This document shows positions 1 through 13,600 of a stretch of DNA of 64,000 nucleotides, piece after piece. Below the pieces are notes generated by a model that did not search any database, was not told the DNA's origin, and saw only the letters and a list, made by a program, of their open reading frames with translations. How positions within the stretch are numbered: position 1 is the stretch's first letter; every line of letters starts with the position of its first letter. The DNA is from Leucoraja ocellata. Its lineage: Eukaryota. The DNA is taken from contig JAWMAR010000085.1 of assembly GCA_036785375.1 (NCBI GenBank), positions 7,626,001-7,690,000 of the forward strand, written 5' to 3'. The position numbers and the translations under genes are program-made.

Positions 1-444
1 GAATAATCGAATATGTTTTTTATTAGCCAAGTGTGTATACATACAAGCAATTTGCCTTGGTGCTTTGCTCGCAAATAGCAACACGATATACAGTAGTAGA
101 CAATTCAAACTAAAACATTATGATTTAAACATGTGAAGAATTAAATAAAATACCAGAGCACAAAATGCAGCGTTGGAAAGGTTGAACATGTTTTGAACAA
201 TGTGTTGGGTATTTTCCTGGCGGAGATTCATAGATTCTTGATGAATAAACGTGTCAATGGTTATGGGGAGCAGGCAAGAGAATGTGGTGGAGAGGGAAAG
301 ATAGATCAGCCATGGTTGAATGGTGATGTAGACTGGATGGGCCGAATGGCCTAATTCTGCTCCTATGTTTTATGAGCTTATGAAAATTCAATCGATCTCA
401 GGAGTGGTTTCAATCTGGCTCCTGGGTACAAAACAAACAATATT

Positions 445-690
445 TGTGTAGGGAGGAACTGCAGATGCTGGTTCCTCTTACACCGAAGACAGACACAAAA
501 TGTTGGAGTAACTCAGTGGGACAGGCAGCATCTCTGGAGAAAAGGAATAGGTGGTGTTTTGGATCAAGACCCTTCTTCAGACTGAGAGTCAGGGGAGTCA
601 GCCTGAAGAAAGGTCCTGACCTGAAACTCCACCTAATTGTTTTTCTCCAGAGATGCTGCCTGACCCGCTGAGTCATTCTGTGTCTATCTT
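445..690. mobile_element. Inverted (fold-back) pair of Penelope pLTR fragments
   Basis: A minus copy (CAGGCAGCATCTCTGGAGAAA..CCCTTCTTCAGAC) is followed by a plus copy (CTGAAGAAAGGTC..TTTCTCCAGAGATGCTGCCTG). Confidence 0.75.
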
Positions 691-1490
691 TGAGTATTTG
701 AGCCAGATTTTTGCATAAATGAGCCATTTAACTGGTAGTTTTAGTGAACGCCACACTTGTATCTTGCTCTCATCAGACAGTGAAGATGTTTTTATCCCCT
801 TAATCACTAATAGCCCTTGATAGAACTAGTGATATTCATGCTCGGTGGGTTAGCGTTGTGTTTAAGATCTGCCTGTTTGTTTACACGGCCCATCTGGACT
901 GATATCAGATGGGGTTAATTAATTCAGTTTAAATTGTCTAGGTGTGTATGAAGCTTATTGAATTATGATCACCGTTCCTTGCTTTGTAAATGGTGAGTGC
1001 TTTGAGAATATCACTTTAGGTACAGCTTTAGAATCAAGGGAACACTAGACTCATTCTACACAATGAGCGTCTGAAGAAGAGTCTGGACCTGAAACGTCAC
1101 CTATTCCTTTTCTCCAGAAGTCCTGCTGACTTACTCCAGCTTTTTGTGTCTATCTTCAATCTAAACCAGCATCTGCAATTCCTCCCTACACATTTTATCT
1201 ATTCCATGAGATTCGGTCTTCAATATCCTCTGATCTCAATTTAAGCTGTACACACAGTTGTACAATTTATGACCATAATAAGACATAGGAGCAGAATGAT
1301 GCCATGCATCCCAACAAGTCGGCTCCTATGTTCAATCATGGCTGATCTATCTTCCCTCACAACCCCATCCTCCAGCCTTATCCATGTAACCTTTGATGCC
1401 CTTCCTAATCAAGATAAAAATCCTCCTGGATTTATTTGAAATTATTCCTTTAGCATATTTTGATTTTTGGTTTGTATCCCAATAACATTA

Positions 1491-1830
1491 GGGCAGCACA
1501 GTGGTGCAGCAGTAGTTGCTGCTTTAGAGCGCCAGAGTTATAGAACCCAGAGGCTCCAGGTTCGATCCTGACCTTGGGTGCTCTCTGTATGGAGTGCGCA
1601 CGTTCTCCCAGTGACCGTGTGAGATTCCTCTGGGTGCTCCGGTTTCCTCCCACATCCAAAAAAGCACTTGTGTGTTTGCAGGTTAATTGGCACTCTGTAA
1701 ATTGTCCCTAGTGTGTAGGGAGTGTATGCAAAGGTGGGATAATATAGAACTAGTGTGAACGGGTGATTGATGGTTGATGTGGACTCGGTGGGTCGAAGAG
1801 CCTGTTTCCACATTGTATCTCTAAACTCAA
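1491..1830 (+). mobile_element. tRNA-derived V-SINE (HE1-like)
   Basis: tRNA-like head (TGGTGCAGC A-box-like, GGTTCGATCC B box), V-domain GGGTGCTCCGGTTTCCTCCCACA, CR1-like tail GGGTCGAAGAGCCTGTTTCC..TCTCTAAAC. Confidence 0.85.
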
Positions 1831-4800
1831 CAAAATAAAATCAAGTGAGTTCATTTATAACTTAAATTATAAATTATAATTAATTTAATAATTGGGATAC
1901 ATATAAAAAAATGCCAAATTCAAATAAACCCTAAAGAAAATGTTGCTTGATTGGGAAGGGCATCAAAGATTACATGGAGAAAGCAGGAGAATGGGGTTGA
2001 GAGGGAAAGATAGATCAGCTAATGGTTGAATTATATTATAATTTATAATTTAAGTTATAAATTAACACTCTCACTTAATTTAACTTTTTGTTCAGTTAAC
2101 AGATATAATAATAAAAGATTTATGATAAATTAAATACATGATAGTTTATATTATGAGAAGGAGCCGGTTAGATTCAACCATATTCACCAATGTAATTCCA
2201 GGGAAAAGGGGGAAAAACAAATGTGGAAGATTTGGGGGAAATTCAGGCAAATTCCTTTTTTTTTTTTTTTCCCAAACGTCACTGAGAAACCATGGTAGTC
2301 TAAGCATATCATCGACAGTTAGCAAGTAACAGATCCCATATGTCTAGAAATGCATTCTCACAGGCAGCTGCAAAGTTCCCACTTACAGTAAAGCAATGAA
2401 TCCTTTCTGCATGTTTTAGCACTTAATTCCAGAGAGTGCTCTAATGCTAACTCATGGTTCATGGATGAGTGTGAGTTGTGTCCTGCATTTTTGTCCCATT
2501 TTAAATGATCGTATCAAGTCGGGCTGTCTGGAAACCCTAGGTTGTGGAGAGTTATGTAATTCCACATCTCTCCCCCTCCCCCCCCCCCCCCCCCCCCCCC
2601 ACACACATCCTCTCTGTCACCACAACGATCTGTCACAGTAATTCTCAAAGCTTGTTTTCTCATATCGACGTTTTCAGGCTGCGTTACATTCAGTTCAGCT
2701 TCCTGTGCAATTTCAGAGCTCCAGTATCCTTTACACACAAGGAATTGCAGATGTGGGTGAGACCCTTCTTCTCTCGCCCGTACTACAAACAGTCTGAAGA
2801 AGGATCCCAACCCAAAACGTCACCTATCCATGTTCTCCAGAGATGCTGCCTGATCCGCTGAGTTACTCCAGCACTTTGTATTTTTTTCTCTCCAGTATCC
2901 TTTCCCTTGAATAGGGAGTGAAGCAGGACATGGTTTTTTTATTGTGACATAATTTTAGATTAGATTAGATAACCTTTATTGTCGATATATATATACGATA
3001 ATGCTACAGGGCATAGGTTTAAGGTGAGAGGGGCAAGGTTTAAAGGAGATGTGCAGGGCAAGTCGTATTACACAGAGAGTGGCGAGTGCCTGGAATGTGC
3101 TGCCAGGGGTGGAGGTGGAGGCAGATATGATAGTGGCATTAAAGAGGCTTTGTTATATGTGCAGGGAATGAAGGTACATGGATCGTGTACATCAGCGGAG
3201 ATTAGTTTAACTTGGCATAATGTTTGTCATGGACATTGGAGGTCGAAGGGCCTGTTCTTGTGGTATTCTGTTCTCAGTCTGAAGAAATGTTCTGATCTGA
3301 AACGTCACTCCTGCTGTTTCTCCAGAGATGCTGCCTGACCCGTTTAGTCACATCAGCGCTTTGTGTCTATCTTTGGTATGAACCTGCATTTGCAGTTCTT
3401 GTTTCTACTTCCTGTGTAGTACTGTTTTACGTCCTATGATCAGAGCTGTAAGCATTAAATGTGCATTTTAGTGTTGAGTGTGAAGCTGATCTGTGTCTGA
3501 GGGCTACGATAGATTTTCCATTAGTCCTTTGAATTTGATCCCAATACATCTAGTGTTCCCAGTCTTAGAAACGTGATAGCTTGAATTTTCCATTATGCGC
3601 ACTCAAAGGTTCTTCAGAATCAATGTACACAACCCTCAGCAAATATGTGTTGTGTTTGCAGATGTGTATACAGCATGGAAACAGGCCCTTCAGCCCAAGT
3701 TGTCCCATGTTGACCAAAATACCACCGCATTAACCTTCCACACTGCTCTACGGAGTAGGTGCAAAATGAACTAACAACAATCTCCATCGAGTAGAAAATG
3801 AAAACATTATGCATGTAGTAAAACGGCTACTTTGTGCCCTTCCTCCACACACTACAAGTGTATTATCATGTTAGAGTCCTACAGCACAGAAATCGGCTCT
3901 TTGGCCCAACTCGTCCATGCCAACCAAGGTGCCCCATCTAAGCTTTGTCCCATTTTCCCGCGTTCGGCCCATATCCCTCTAAACATTTCCTATCCATGTA
4001 CCTTTCCAAGAGTCTCTTTATGGTGCCTGTCTCAACTATCCCGTCATGAGTCTGAAGAAGGGTCCCGACCCAAAACGTCACCTATCCATGTTCCCCAGAG
4101 ACCAGCTAAGTTACTCCAGCACTTTGTGTCTTTTTTATTTGCAAACCAACATCTGCAGTTCCTTGTATCTACTCCCTCTGCCTGCTTGTTCCGTAAACCC
4201 ACCACCCTTGGTGAGTGGAAATAAAGTAATTTAAAATGGTGGGAAGAAATGCTGTTAATATTGTATTTGCCACTTTTTAATTTATTGCTTTATTAAATTT
4301 CATTGTGTATAGAATCACGAGAGGAATAGATCGGATAGATGCAGTCTTTTGCCCAGAGTCGGGGAATCCAGAAGCAGAGAGCATAGGTTTAAGATGAAGG
4401 GGAAAGATTTAATAGGAATCTGCGGGGTAACTTTTTCACACAAAGGGTGGTGGGTGCATGGAACAAGCTGCCAGCGGAGGTATTTGAGGCAGGTACAATG
4501 CAAGTTTAATAAATGATTAGATAGTACATGGATAGGATAGGTTTAGAGGAATATGGGCCAAAAGCAGGCAGGTAGGACTAGTGTAGGCATGTTGGTTAGA
4601 GTGGGCACGTTGGGCTGAAAGACACCTGTCTAAATGCTTCTTTAATGTTGCTATTGTACCTGCCTCAACTACCTTGTTCCATACACCAATTGCCCTTTGT
4701 GTGGGAAAAGTACTAGATAAAACCCAGTATAGTCCGATCAAAGACAGTCCAAGAGTCCAATGAGGAAGATAGTAGCTCAGGGCTGCTCTCTAGGTGTTGG

Positions 4801-5614
4801 TAGGATGGTTCAGATGATAACAGCTGGGAAGAAACTGTCCCTGAATCTGAAGGTATGTGTTTCCACACTTTTCCTTTTGACCAGATGAGAGAAGTGGGAT
4901 TGGCTGGGGTGAGACGTGTGCTTAAGTCCTTCGACTCGAGTATTAGTTTTCAACAGTATGGAATGTGATTATGTACGTTGGTCTGAATATTGTCGAAGTT
5001 TGGCTACAAGTAATTTTTGGGAGCCTTTAGAAAGAACGGAGATGTGAAGTAATCTTGGCGTTGCACCACGATGTGAAATGGATCTGTGATTGCCGGCTAT
5101 TCTCGGAACAGAGTGTGATGTACTGCCTCATCAAGGGGTGTGATTAGATATCCCTGCAGAATCCTGTCATACACATCACCTCACCTGCTGTGTGATGGGG
5201 AACTGCCTAATGCTCATCTATTGTGCCATTGTTTTTTATTTCCCCCAACTTTTGGAAGTTTCCCAGCAACGTAACTAGTGGCACAGCATTAAAGTCGCTG
5301 CCTCACAGCACCAGAGACCCAGGTTCACCCTGACCACGGGTGCTGTCTGTGTGGAGTTTGCACGTTCCCCCTGTGCCCGCATGGGTTTTCTCTGGGTGCT
5401 CTGGTTTCTTCCCACATCCCAAAGACGTACAGGTTTGTAGGTGAATTAAAAATTGTCCCTAGTGTATATAGGACAGAACAAGTGTGAACGGGTGATGGCT
5501 GGTCAGTGCGGACCTGGTGGGTTCGAAAGTCCTCTTTCCCCGCTGCATCTCTAATACTGAACTCTCCAATAGAGTCAAGAGTGTTCAATGTTGCCCAGGA
5601 ACAAAGGAGGTTAT

Positions 5615-5835
5615 AAAATGTGGTGGACGCTTCCCGGACCACACGGGACTGACCTCGCCACCATCGATGGGATCTACAGGAGTCGCTGCCTCAGGAAAGC
5701 AGCCAGCACCCTGGCCACACTCTCCTTTGACTCCTGTCATCGGAAAGATGGTACAGGAAGGAGCCTGAAAACTGTAACATTCAGGAGCAGCTTCTTCCCG
5801 ACAACCAACAGGCTCGTGAACACGGCTAAACTATG
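5615..5835 (+). mobile_element. Rex1/Babar-type fragment
   Basis: GIYRSRCLRKAAS...FRSSFFPTT. Confidence 0.65.
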
Positions 5836-6824
5836 AAGTGTCCTGGCTGCACTAATGATTTGTTGTGCATTGATATAATTTTTTTTTGTAATTTATTGAT
5901 TTATTTGTTTATGGCGTTATATAACCATATAACCATTACAGCACAGAAACAGGCCATCTCGGCCCTTCAAGTCCATGCCAAACACTTATCTTGGGTATTT
6001 TGTTTTCAGGCCTGTTATGCTGTTGCGAGTAAGAAGTTAATTGTTCCGTTGTCGATGCATATCACAATTAAACATTATCGACTCTTGCTAACCATGGAAC
6101 GATGAAATTCTTTCTTGCAGCAGCTTAACACGCCTGTAAACACAGAACTCATTGATAACATAATAACCAATAACGACAATAAATTAAAACAAAAAACGAA
6201 ATTGGTGCAAAACGCCCAAGGTCCCTAGTGCAACCAGGATGGTTCATAGTTCATAGTTTAGTTGGCGTTTCTAGTGTTCAAGAGCTGTTACTGAACTTGG
6301 AAGGTAGATAAAAATGTTGGATAAACTCAGCGGGTGAGGCAGCATCTAAGGAACGAAGGAATAGGTGACGTTTCGGGTCGAGCCCCTTCTTCAGACTGAA
6401 ACTGGAGGTCAGTTTTCAGAGTGTACCTTCTTCCTGATGGCAGGAGGCGACACACTAGCACAGTGGTAGAGTTTCTGCCTTACAGCACCAGAGACCCAGG
6501 TTGGATCCTGACTACGGGCGCTGTCTGTATGTTCTCCCTGTTTGACTGCGAGGGATGTCTCCGGCCGCTCCAGATTCCTCCCACATTCCAACGACATGCG
6601 GGTTTGAGGGTTAATTGGCTTCTGTAAATTGTCCCTACTAGGATAGTGCAAGTGCACGGGGTGATCAATGGTCGGTGTGTGCTCGGTGGGTGGAATGGTC
6701 AGTTCCCACGGTGATCTCTACATTCTAAAGAGTGTAGTAAGAGTGTGGCCAGAGTGGTGTGGGTCTCTGGTGATGCTGGCTGCCTTTTTGAGGCTCACTT
6801 ACGCTCAGCCTATACTATGGTGTG

Positions 6825-7215
6825 AATAAACAGTGGTGTGAATATTGATTTCTCTAACTTCATGTAATCCTTGCTTCCCCTCACTCCATCCCTCCCTCAC
6901 ACTAGTCATCGTACTAGTTTCACTGTCGTCCTGCTGAGTTTCACTCTTTGTATTGCACGTTATACCTTCCCCCACAGCCATCAATGGACCATTGTGGGCT
7001 CCACCATTCCTGGATCATTGTTGCTGGCTTTGGGCTGTCTTTTTGGATATCTTTCATTAATTTGCTCTTTGTACTTTTTTTGCATATCTCTGTGCCCTCT
7101 CCCCTGACTGTCAGCCTGAAGAAGGGTCTCGACCCGAAACATCACCTATCCCTTGTCTCCAGAGAAGCTGCCTGAGCTGCTGTGTCACTCCAGCTTTTTG
7201 TGTCCATATCTGGTG
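6825..7215 (+). mobile_element. Penelope ORF end, 3' region and hammerhead-like motif
   Basis: SGVNIDFSNF-like coding end, then ATGGACCATTGTGGGCTCC, then CTGAAGAAGGGTCTCGACCCGAAACATCAC at 7116. Confidence 0.75.
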
Positions 7216-7351
7216 GTAAAGGTCAAAGTGCTTGGGGTCTATTCTCTGGTTTTGGGAAGGGAATAAACTTGCAAATCTCTGCCTAACTGTGCTGAAAGCA
7301 TTGTTGTGTAAGAGTGTGATAAAGGAATCATGGATTGATGGATTTAAGATA

Positions 7352-9766
7352 GGAGTTTACAGGGGATAGCAGACTCAAGAATAAGACGGTACATGAGCAG
7401 TGGTGTACGTTTAAGGGTATACTGTATAACCTTCAAGAAAAATTTATTCCTATGAAGAAAAAAAGGGGTAAGGGTAAGAACAGTCAGCCATGGCTCAGTA
7501 AAACTATAAAGGATAGTATTCGGCTGAAGGCAAGGGCATATAAGGTAGCCAGAGATAGTGGGAGGGTAGAGGATTGGGAAGCATTTAAAGGTCAGCAAAA
7601 AATAACTAAGAGATTAATTAAGACGGGGAAAATAGACTATGAAAGGAATTTAGCGAACAACATAAAAACTAATAGTAAGAGTTTTTATAGCTATATAAAA
7701 AGAAAAAGGGTGGCTAAGGTGAACGTTGGTCCATTGGAGGGTGAGACTGGAGAGTTGTTGGTGGGGAACATGGAAATGGCAAAGGCATTAAACGAGTATT
7801 TTGTATCAGTCTTCACCATAGAAGACACAAAAAATATTCCAACGCTGGATAAACAGGGGGCGGTAGGAATGGAGGAGCTAAATACTATTAAGATCACCAA
7901 GGAGGTGGTATTAGGGAAATTAATGAGACTGAAGGAGGATAAATCCCCTGGGCCTGATGGATTACATCCAAGGGTCTTGAGGGAGATAGCGGTGGGGATT
8001 GTGGATGCATTGGTGATAATTTTCCAAAACTCCCTGGAGGCAGGAACGGTCCCAGTGGATTGGAAAATGGCCAATGTAACACCTATATTTAAAAAAGGAA
8101 GTAAACAGAAGGCGGGTAACTATAGACCGGTTAGTCTAACATCGGTGGTGGGTAAAATGTTAGAGACAATTATTAAAGAAACACTAACGGGGCACTTGGA
8201 TAAACATGACTTCATCGGACAGAACCAGCATGGTTTTGTGAAGGGGAAGTCCTGTTTAACGAATCTGCTCGAATTCTTTGAGGAAGTAACAACCCGGGTG
8301 GATAAAGGGGAACCGGTGGATGTGGTATACTTGGACTTCCAAAAGGCTTTTGACAAGGTGCCACATAAGAGACTATTGCTAAAAATAAAAAATTATGGGA
8401 TTGGGGGTAATATATTAGCATGGGTAGAGGATTGGCTAACAAATAGGAAGCAGAGAGTGGGGATAAATGGTTCATACTCGGGATGGCAACCGGTAACTAG
8501 CGGGGTTCCGCAAGGGTCGGTGCTGGGACCCCAGTTGTTCACAATTTATATAAATGATTTGGAGGAGGGAACCAAGTGTAATATATCAAAATTTGCGGAC
8601 GATACAAAAATGGGAGGAAAAGTAGGGGATGAGGAGGATAGGAAGAGTCTGCAAAAGGATATAGATAAGCTAGGTGAGTGGGCAACAACTTGGCAGATGA
8701 AATTTAATACTAATAAATGTGAAGTCATTCACTTTGGGGAAAAAAAATGATAGGGCAAGTTATTTTCTAAATGAGGAGGAGCTGCGTTGTAATGCAACGC
8801 AAAGGGATGTAGGGGTATTAGTACATGAATCACTGAAAGTTAGTATGCAGGTGCAGCAAGCAATCAGGAAGGCCAATGGAGTTTTGGCCTTTATTGCTAG
8901 GGGGATTGAGTATAAAAACACGGAGGTCTTGCTGCAGCTGTACACAGTATTAGTGAGACCACATTTGGAATACTGTGTACAGTTCTGGGGTCCATACTTA
9001 AGAAAGGATGTACTAGCCCTGGAGGCAGTGCAGCGAAGGTTTACAAGATTAATTCCTGCAATGAGGGGATTGACATATGAGGAAAGGTTAAGTAGGCTGG
9101 AACTCTACTCTTTGGAGTTTAGAAGAATGAGAGGCGATCTCATTGAAACATATAAGATCGTGAGGGGCCTTGATCGGGTGGATGCACCGAGGATGTTCCC
9201 AATGATCGGGGAAACTAGAACTAGGGGACATAGTTGCAGAATAAGGGGGGGCTCTTTTAAAACTGAGATGAGGAAGAACTTCTTCACCCAGAGGGTGGTT
9301 AATTTATGGAATTCACTGCCCCAGGAAGCAGTGGAAGCAGAAACTTTAAATATATTTAAGACTAAAATAGATGTTTTTTTAGCTGCCAAGGGGATAAGGG
9401 GCTACGGGGAGAGGGCAGGGATATGGACCTAGGTATGGTTAGTATAGTAAGACCTGAGTGATCTCCTGGACAAGTGTCGATCGCCTAGATTGGGGTCGGA
9501 GAGGAATTTCCCGGATTTTTTTTCCCGAATTGGACCTGGGTTTTTATCCGGTTTTTTGCCTCCCCCAGGAGATCACGAGGTTCTTGGGGTGGAGAGGGGT
9601 GATAGTGGTATAAAGGGGAGGGTAGTGTCTTGTGTTCTGTGTCTTGTGTCTACTGTTTGTGGGTAAGTGTGTCTGTTTAGTGTTCAGCCATGAGCGAATG
9701 GCGGTGCGGGCTCGATGGACCTGGTGGTCTGCTCTCGCACCTACTTTCTATGTTTCTATGTTTCTA
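7352..9766 (+). mobile_element. 5'-truncated CR1-clade LINE (ORF2 RT, C-terminus and 3'UTR)
   Basis: ORFs 7452-8750 and 8719-9432 carry KSPGPDGLHPRVL, NYRPVSLTS, QHGF, YLDFQKAFDKV, GVPQGSVLGP, KFADD, RPHLEYCVQFW and FFTQRVVNLWNSLP. The element ends in a (TTTCTATG)n tail at 9745-9766. Confidence 0.95.
7452..9432 (+). pseudogene. CR1 ORF2 reverse transcriptase remnant with one frameshift at ~8736-8747
   Basis: Two overlapping ORFs join at HFG|KKN through a GGGG-A8 homopolymer; the APE endonuclease and ORF1 are absent. Confidence 0.9.
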
Positions 9767-9905
9767 CAGTCCTAATGGCCTCTGGGAAGAAACTCCTTCT
9801 CAACCTCTCCGTTCTCACAGCATGGCAACGGAGGCGTTTGCCTGACCGTAGCAGCTGGAACAGTCCGTTGCAGGGGTGGAAGGGGTCTCCCATGATCTTA
9901 TTGGC
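9767..9905 (-). mobile_element. Rex1/Babar fragment abutting the CR1 tail
   Basis: GGCCTCTGGGAAGAAACTCCTTCTCAACC... matches the copies at 10770 and 26430. Confidence 0.8.
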
Positions 9906-10550
9906 TGAGGGTCAGGTGAAAAGGAAAAAGGAGATGTAGACGGTGAAACATAGAGTGATGTAGAACAAATGAATACAAGATATGCAAAGAGTAAGGATGA
10001 TCAAGGAAAGGTGGGGCCCACAATGGTCCATTGTTGGCTGTAGACTAGGTGATAAGGAGTTATCCAGACAATGAAATGATGATTGGGTATGGCTTGGAGT
10101 GGGTCATGTCTGTTGTTCTGTTCCTTGCAGACATGTCCTTGCCTCATTTTGTCTTAATAAGCGACAATCTGAGAGTCACATTTTGCACAGCTTGCACTGA
10201 TGAAAGAGTTTGTTTAATGCACAAGACAGTTTCTCCATGCCTAACAGCAGGGAACAGCTGCCTGATTTCCTAATCAGGATGACCGTATCCACAATTGTGT
10301 TATTTTGCTGCTACTTCCTGCAGATAATAAATTAAATGCCAAAAATCTGAAAGTTAAAACAAATGACTGAGCAGGTCGGGCTGATCTCCCAAGAAAGATC
10401 ATCAATTGAATGTTAGCTCTGTTTTTCTATTCACGGATGCAGGTTAACCTGCCGAGCAACTCCAAAATCTATATTGTGCAGGAAGGATATGCCGATGCTG
10501 GTTTACACCGAAGATGGACACAAAATGTAGCGGGTCAGTGGGTCCGTCTG

Positions 10551-10995
10551 TAAGTCAAGTCAAGTTTATTTGTCACATACATATACGAGATGTGCAGTGA
10601 AATGAAAGTGGCAATGCTCGCGGACTTTTGTGCAAAAGACAAACAACAAAACAACCAAACAAATTATAAACACAATCATAACACACATATTCTTTTACAT
10701 AATAAATAATAGAAGGAAAAACGTTCTGGAGAGTTAGTCCCTGGTGAGAAAGGCGTTTACAGTCCGAATTGCCTCTGGGAAGAAACTCCTTCTCAACCTC
10801 TCCGTTCTCACTGCATGGCAACGGAGGCGTTTGCCTGACCGTAGCGGCTGGAACAGTCCGTTGCAGGGGTGGAAGAGGTCTCTCATGATTTTGTTTGCTC
10901 TGGAGTTGCACCTCCTGTTGTATAGTTCCTGCAGGGGGGTGAGTGAAGTTCCCATAGTGCGTTCGGCCGAACGCACTACTCTCTGCAGAGCCTTC
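10551..10995 (-). mobile_element. Rex1/Babar LINE 3' fragment
   Basis: ORF ALQRVVRSAERTMG...HPCNGLFQPLRSGKRLRC..TERLRRSFFPEAIR; (CTTGA)n tail seen as AAGTCAAGTCAAGT on the + strand. Confidence 0.88.
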
Positions 10996-11381
10996 AGTGG
11001 GTCAGGCAGCATCTCTGGAGAAAAGGAGTAGGTGACGTTTCGGGTCGGAGCCCTTCTTTATGCTGAGATTATCTGTCTCCAATATTATTGAATTTATGTT
11101 TGCTCGTGGCCTTTATTCCGTTTGGGTAACCTCCAACCTCTTTTTCACCTCCTTTCCCTCCCCTGCACCCCACCTGCACTTCCACTTATTACCCCCCCCC
11201 CCCCCCACAATCCACAACTCTTGAAACCTGTCTCACACCTACTGTTCTTATCTCTGGCCTTTGTTTCAAACATCTGCCTGTGGAAAAAATCCCCTTTGCC
11301 TGTGTCGACCAATTGCCTGATGCCCTGTACTGCCTCTCCCATCCATTTTTTCTTCCCCCCCATCCTCCCTCCCCACAATCC

Positions 11382-11411
11382 GTCTGAAGAAGGGTCCCGA
11401 CCTGAAACGTC
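11382..11411 (+). ncRNA. Minimal hammerhead motif in a Penelope pLTR fragment
   Basis: GT-CTGAAGA-A-GGGT-CCCG-ACCT-GAAACGTC. Confidence 0.55.
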
Positions 11412-11461
11412 ATCTATCCATGTTCTCCAGAGATGCTGCCCGACCCACTGAGTTACTCCAG

Positions 11462-11800
11462 GCTAGATGCATGAGAAGTGTTCCTGATATTGGGGGAGTC
11501 CAGAACCAGGGGTCACAGTTTAAGAATAAGGGGTAGTCCATTTATGACTGAGATGAGGGAAAACTTTTTTCATCCAGAGAGTTGTGAATCTGTGGCATTG
11601 AAGGCAGTGGTGGCCAATTCACTGGATGTTTTCAAGAGAGAGTTAGATATAGCTCTTAGGGCTAACGGAATCAAGGGATATGAGGATAAAGCAGGAATGG
11701 GGTACTGATTGTGGATGATCAGCCATGATCATATTGATTGGTGGTGCTGGCTCAAAGGGCTGAATGGACTACACCTGCACCTATTTTCTATGTTTCTATG
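11462..11800 (+). mobile_element. CR1 3' end
   Basis: SRTRGHSLRIRG...GIKGY; TTTCTATGTTTCTATG tail. Confidence 0.8.
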
Positions 11801-13074
11801 TGTCCGTTTGTGTATTAACCAGCACCTGTAGATCTTTGTTTCTGCTTTGACCATTTGTTCTGTAGTTTTGCCCATCAATGACCCACATGTACAGCCACTG
11901 TTCACTTTATCTTCCAACAAAGCCAGTTGTTTACAAACGGCGTGTGTTGGCAGTAGTTTGTTCTCTCTGTAAGACTCAGTAAATCACACAGAGTACAGTT
12001 GATCTCACTTGCACTGTATGTGGGGAGCGTCAAGGGCTAAGAGTGTTTAATTGATATATGTATCCCGGCCACTCCCCTCTTCTCCCATCTCACATCAGGC
12101 AAGAGGTACAGAAATTTGAAAACTCGTACCTCTAGATTCAGGGACAGTTCCATCCCAGCTGTTATCAGGCAACCGAACCATCCTCTCCAACTAGAGAGCA
12201 GTCCTGACCTCCCATCTACCTCACTGAAGACCCTTGAACTACTTTTTATAGACTTTATTGGACTTTATCTTGCACCAAACGATATATCCTTTATCCTGTA
12301 TGTGAACACAATGGACAGCTTGATTGTAATCATGTATCGTCTTTCCGTTGACTGGAGAGCATGCAATAAAAAAGCTTTTCACTGTAGCTCGGTATATGTG
12401 GTGATAAACAAAGCTAAGTGTACTGAAACAACCCAATAAAATTCCGAAGCAGTTAAAATGGGGAAAGAACATCTTTCATCATTGAGACCTAAATGCCATT
12501 ACAATTTTCAAGAGACAAGTCCAGAGTGTGGGAGGAAACTGGCACACCCGTAGAAACCTACGCAGTCATAGGGAGAACATGCAAACTCCGTACCTGACCA
12601 ATGTTGTCAGGTTCGAACTCGGGTCTCTGGTGCTGCAAGGCAGCAAGTCTTCCGCTGCGCCACCGTGCCGCCCTCTCTAAACCTGTACCATCCCAGGTTA
12701 TAGTGGGCAATCTGATAACGGGCACCATTACCCTTCACCCCCCCTATGGTTGGTTGTAATGAGGGTTTACTGCAAATGCACTGCATTTTCTGAATTGAAC
12801 ATCACTGCCTGCACTGTGCGCTGGGGGTGGAATGAATGAAGGATGTGGATGGGTTAACACATCTTTGTCATGGACGTTTTTTTGAATTTATTGTGAATTG
12901 CTGAAGCTGTAGTGAAACAGCTTGGCCAGTGGTGCATGCATTTGTATAATTAATAAACTCTTGCCTCACCCCTGGTCCATAAACAACTGTCAGCTATTTT
13001 AAAAACTAGCTGTCCCCGTTAATACTGAAAACCATCAGTACAATATAGAGCAATTATGTGTCGGGAAGAAGAGG

Positions 13075-13600
13075 TTTAGGATGAGGTTTATTATTGTCAC
13101 GTGTATCGAGGCAAAGCTTTGTTTTCTATGCTATCCTATCATCAGACAAGGCCATACATAAATGCAATTGAGCCAAACTCAAGTATGATATATACATCAT
13201 AGATGAGGATACAATATAGTTCTCTGCATGGTAGTGCATCAGTTCCTTAGACAAAGTCCATTGTCCACAATGGGGTAGAGGTGAATCTAACAGTACCCTA
13301 ACTTATGGATGGACTGTTCAGAAGCCTGATAACAATGGGAAAGAAGCTATTCCTGAGTCTGGTGGCATGCACTTTAAAGCCCCTATACCGTTTGCCAGAT
13401 GGGAGCAGGGAGAAGAAGGAATGACCGGGGTGGGACAAGTCTTTGATTATGTTGGCTATTTTTCCGAGGTGGTGTGAAATGTAGATGAAGTCAATGGTAG
13501 GGAGTCTGGTCTGTGTGATTAACTGGGTTACATCCACAACTCTCTGCAATTTTGCACAATCTTGGGCAAACCAAGGTGTAGTGTGCTTTCTGTGGCAAAT
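13075..13600 (-). mobile_element. Older Rex1/Babar-type fragment
   Basis: QRVVDVTQLIT..LPTID...IIKDLSHPGHSFFSLLPSGKRYR..TRLRNSFFP (ORF 13298-13549). Confidence 0.8.
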
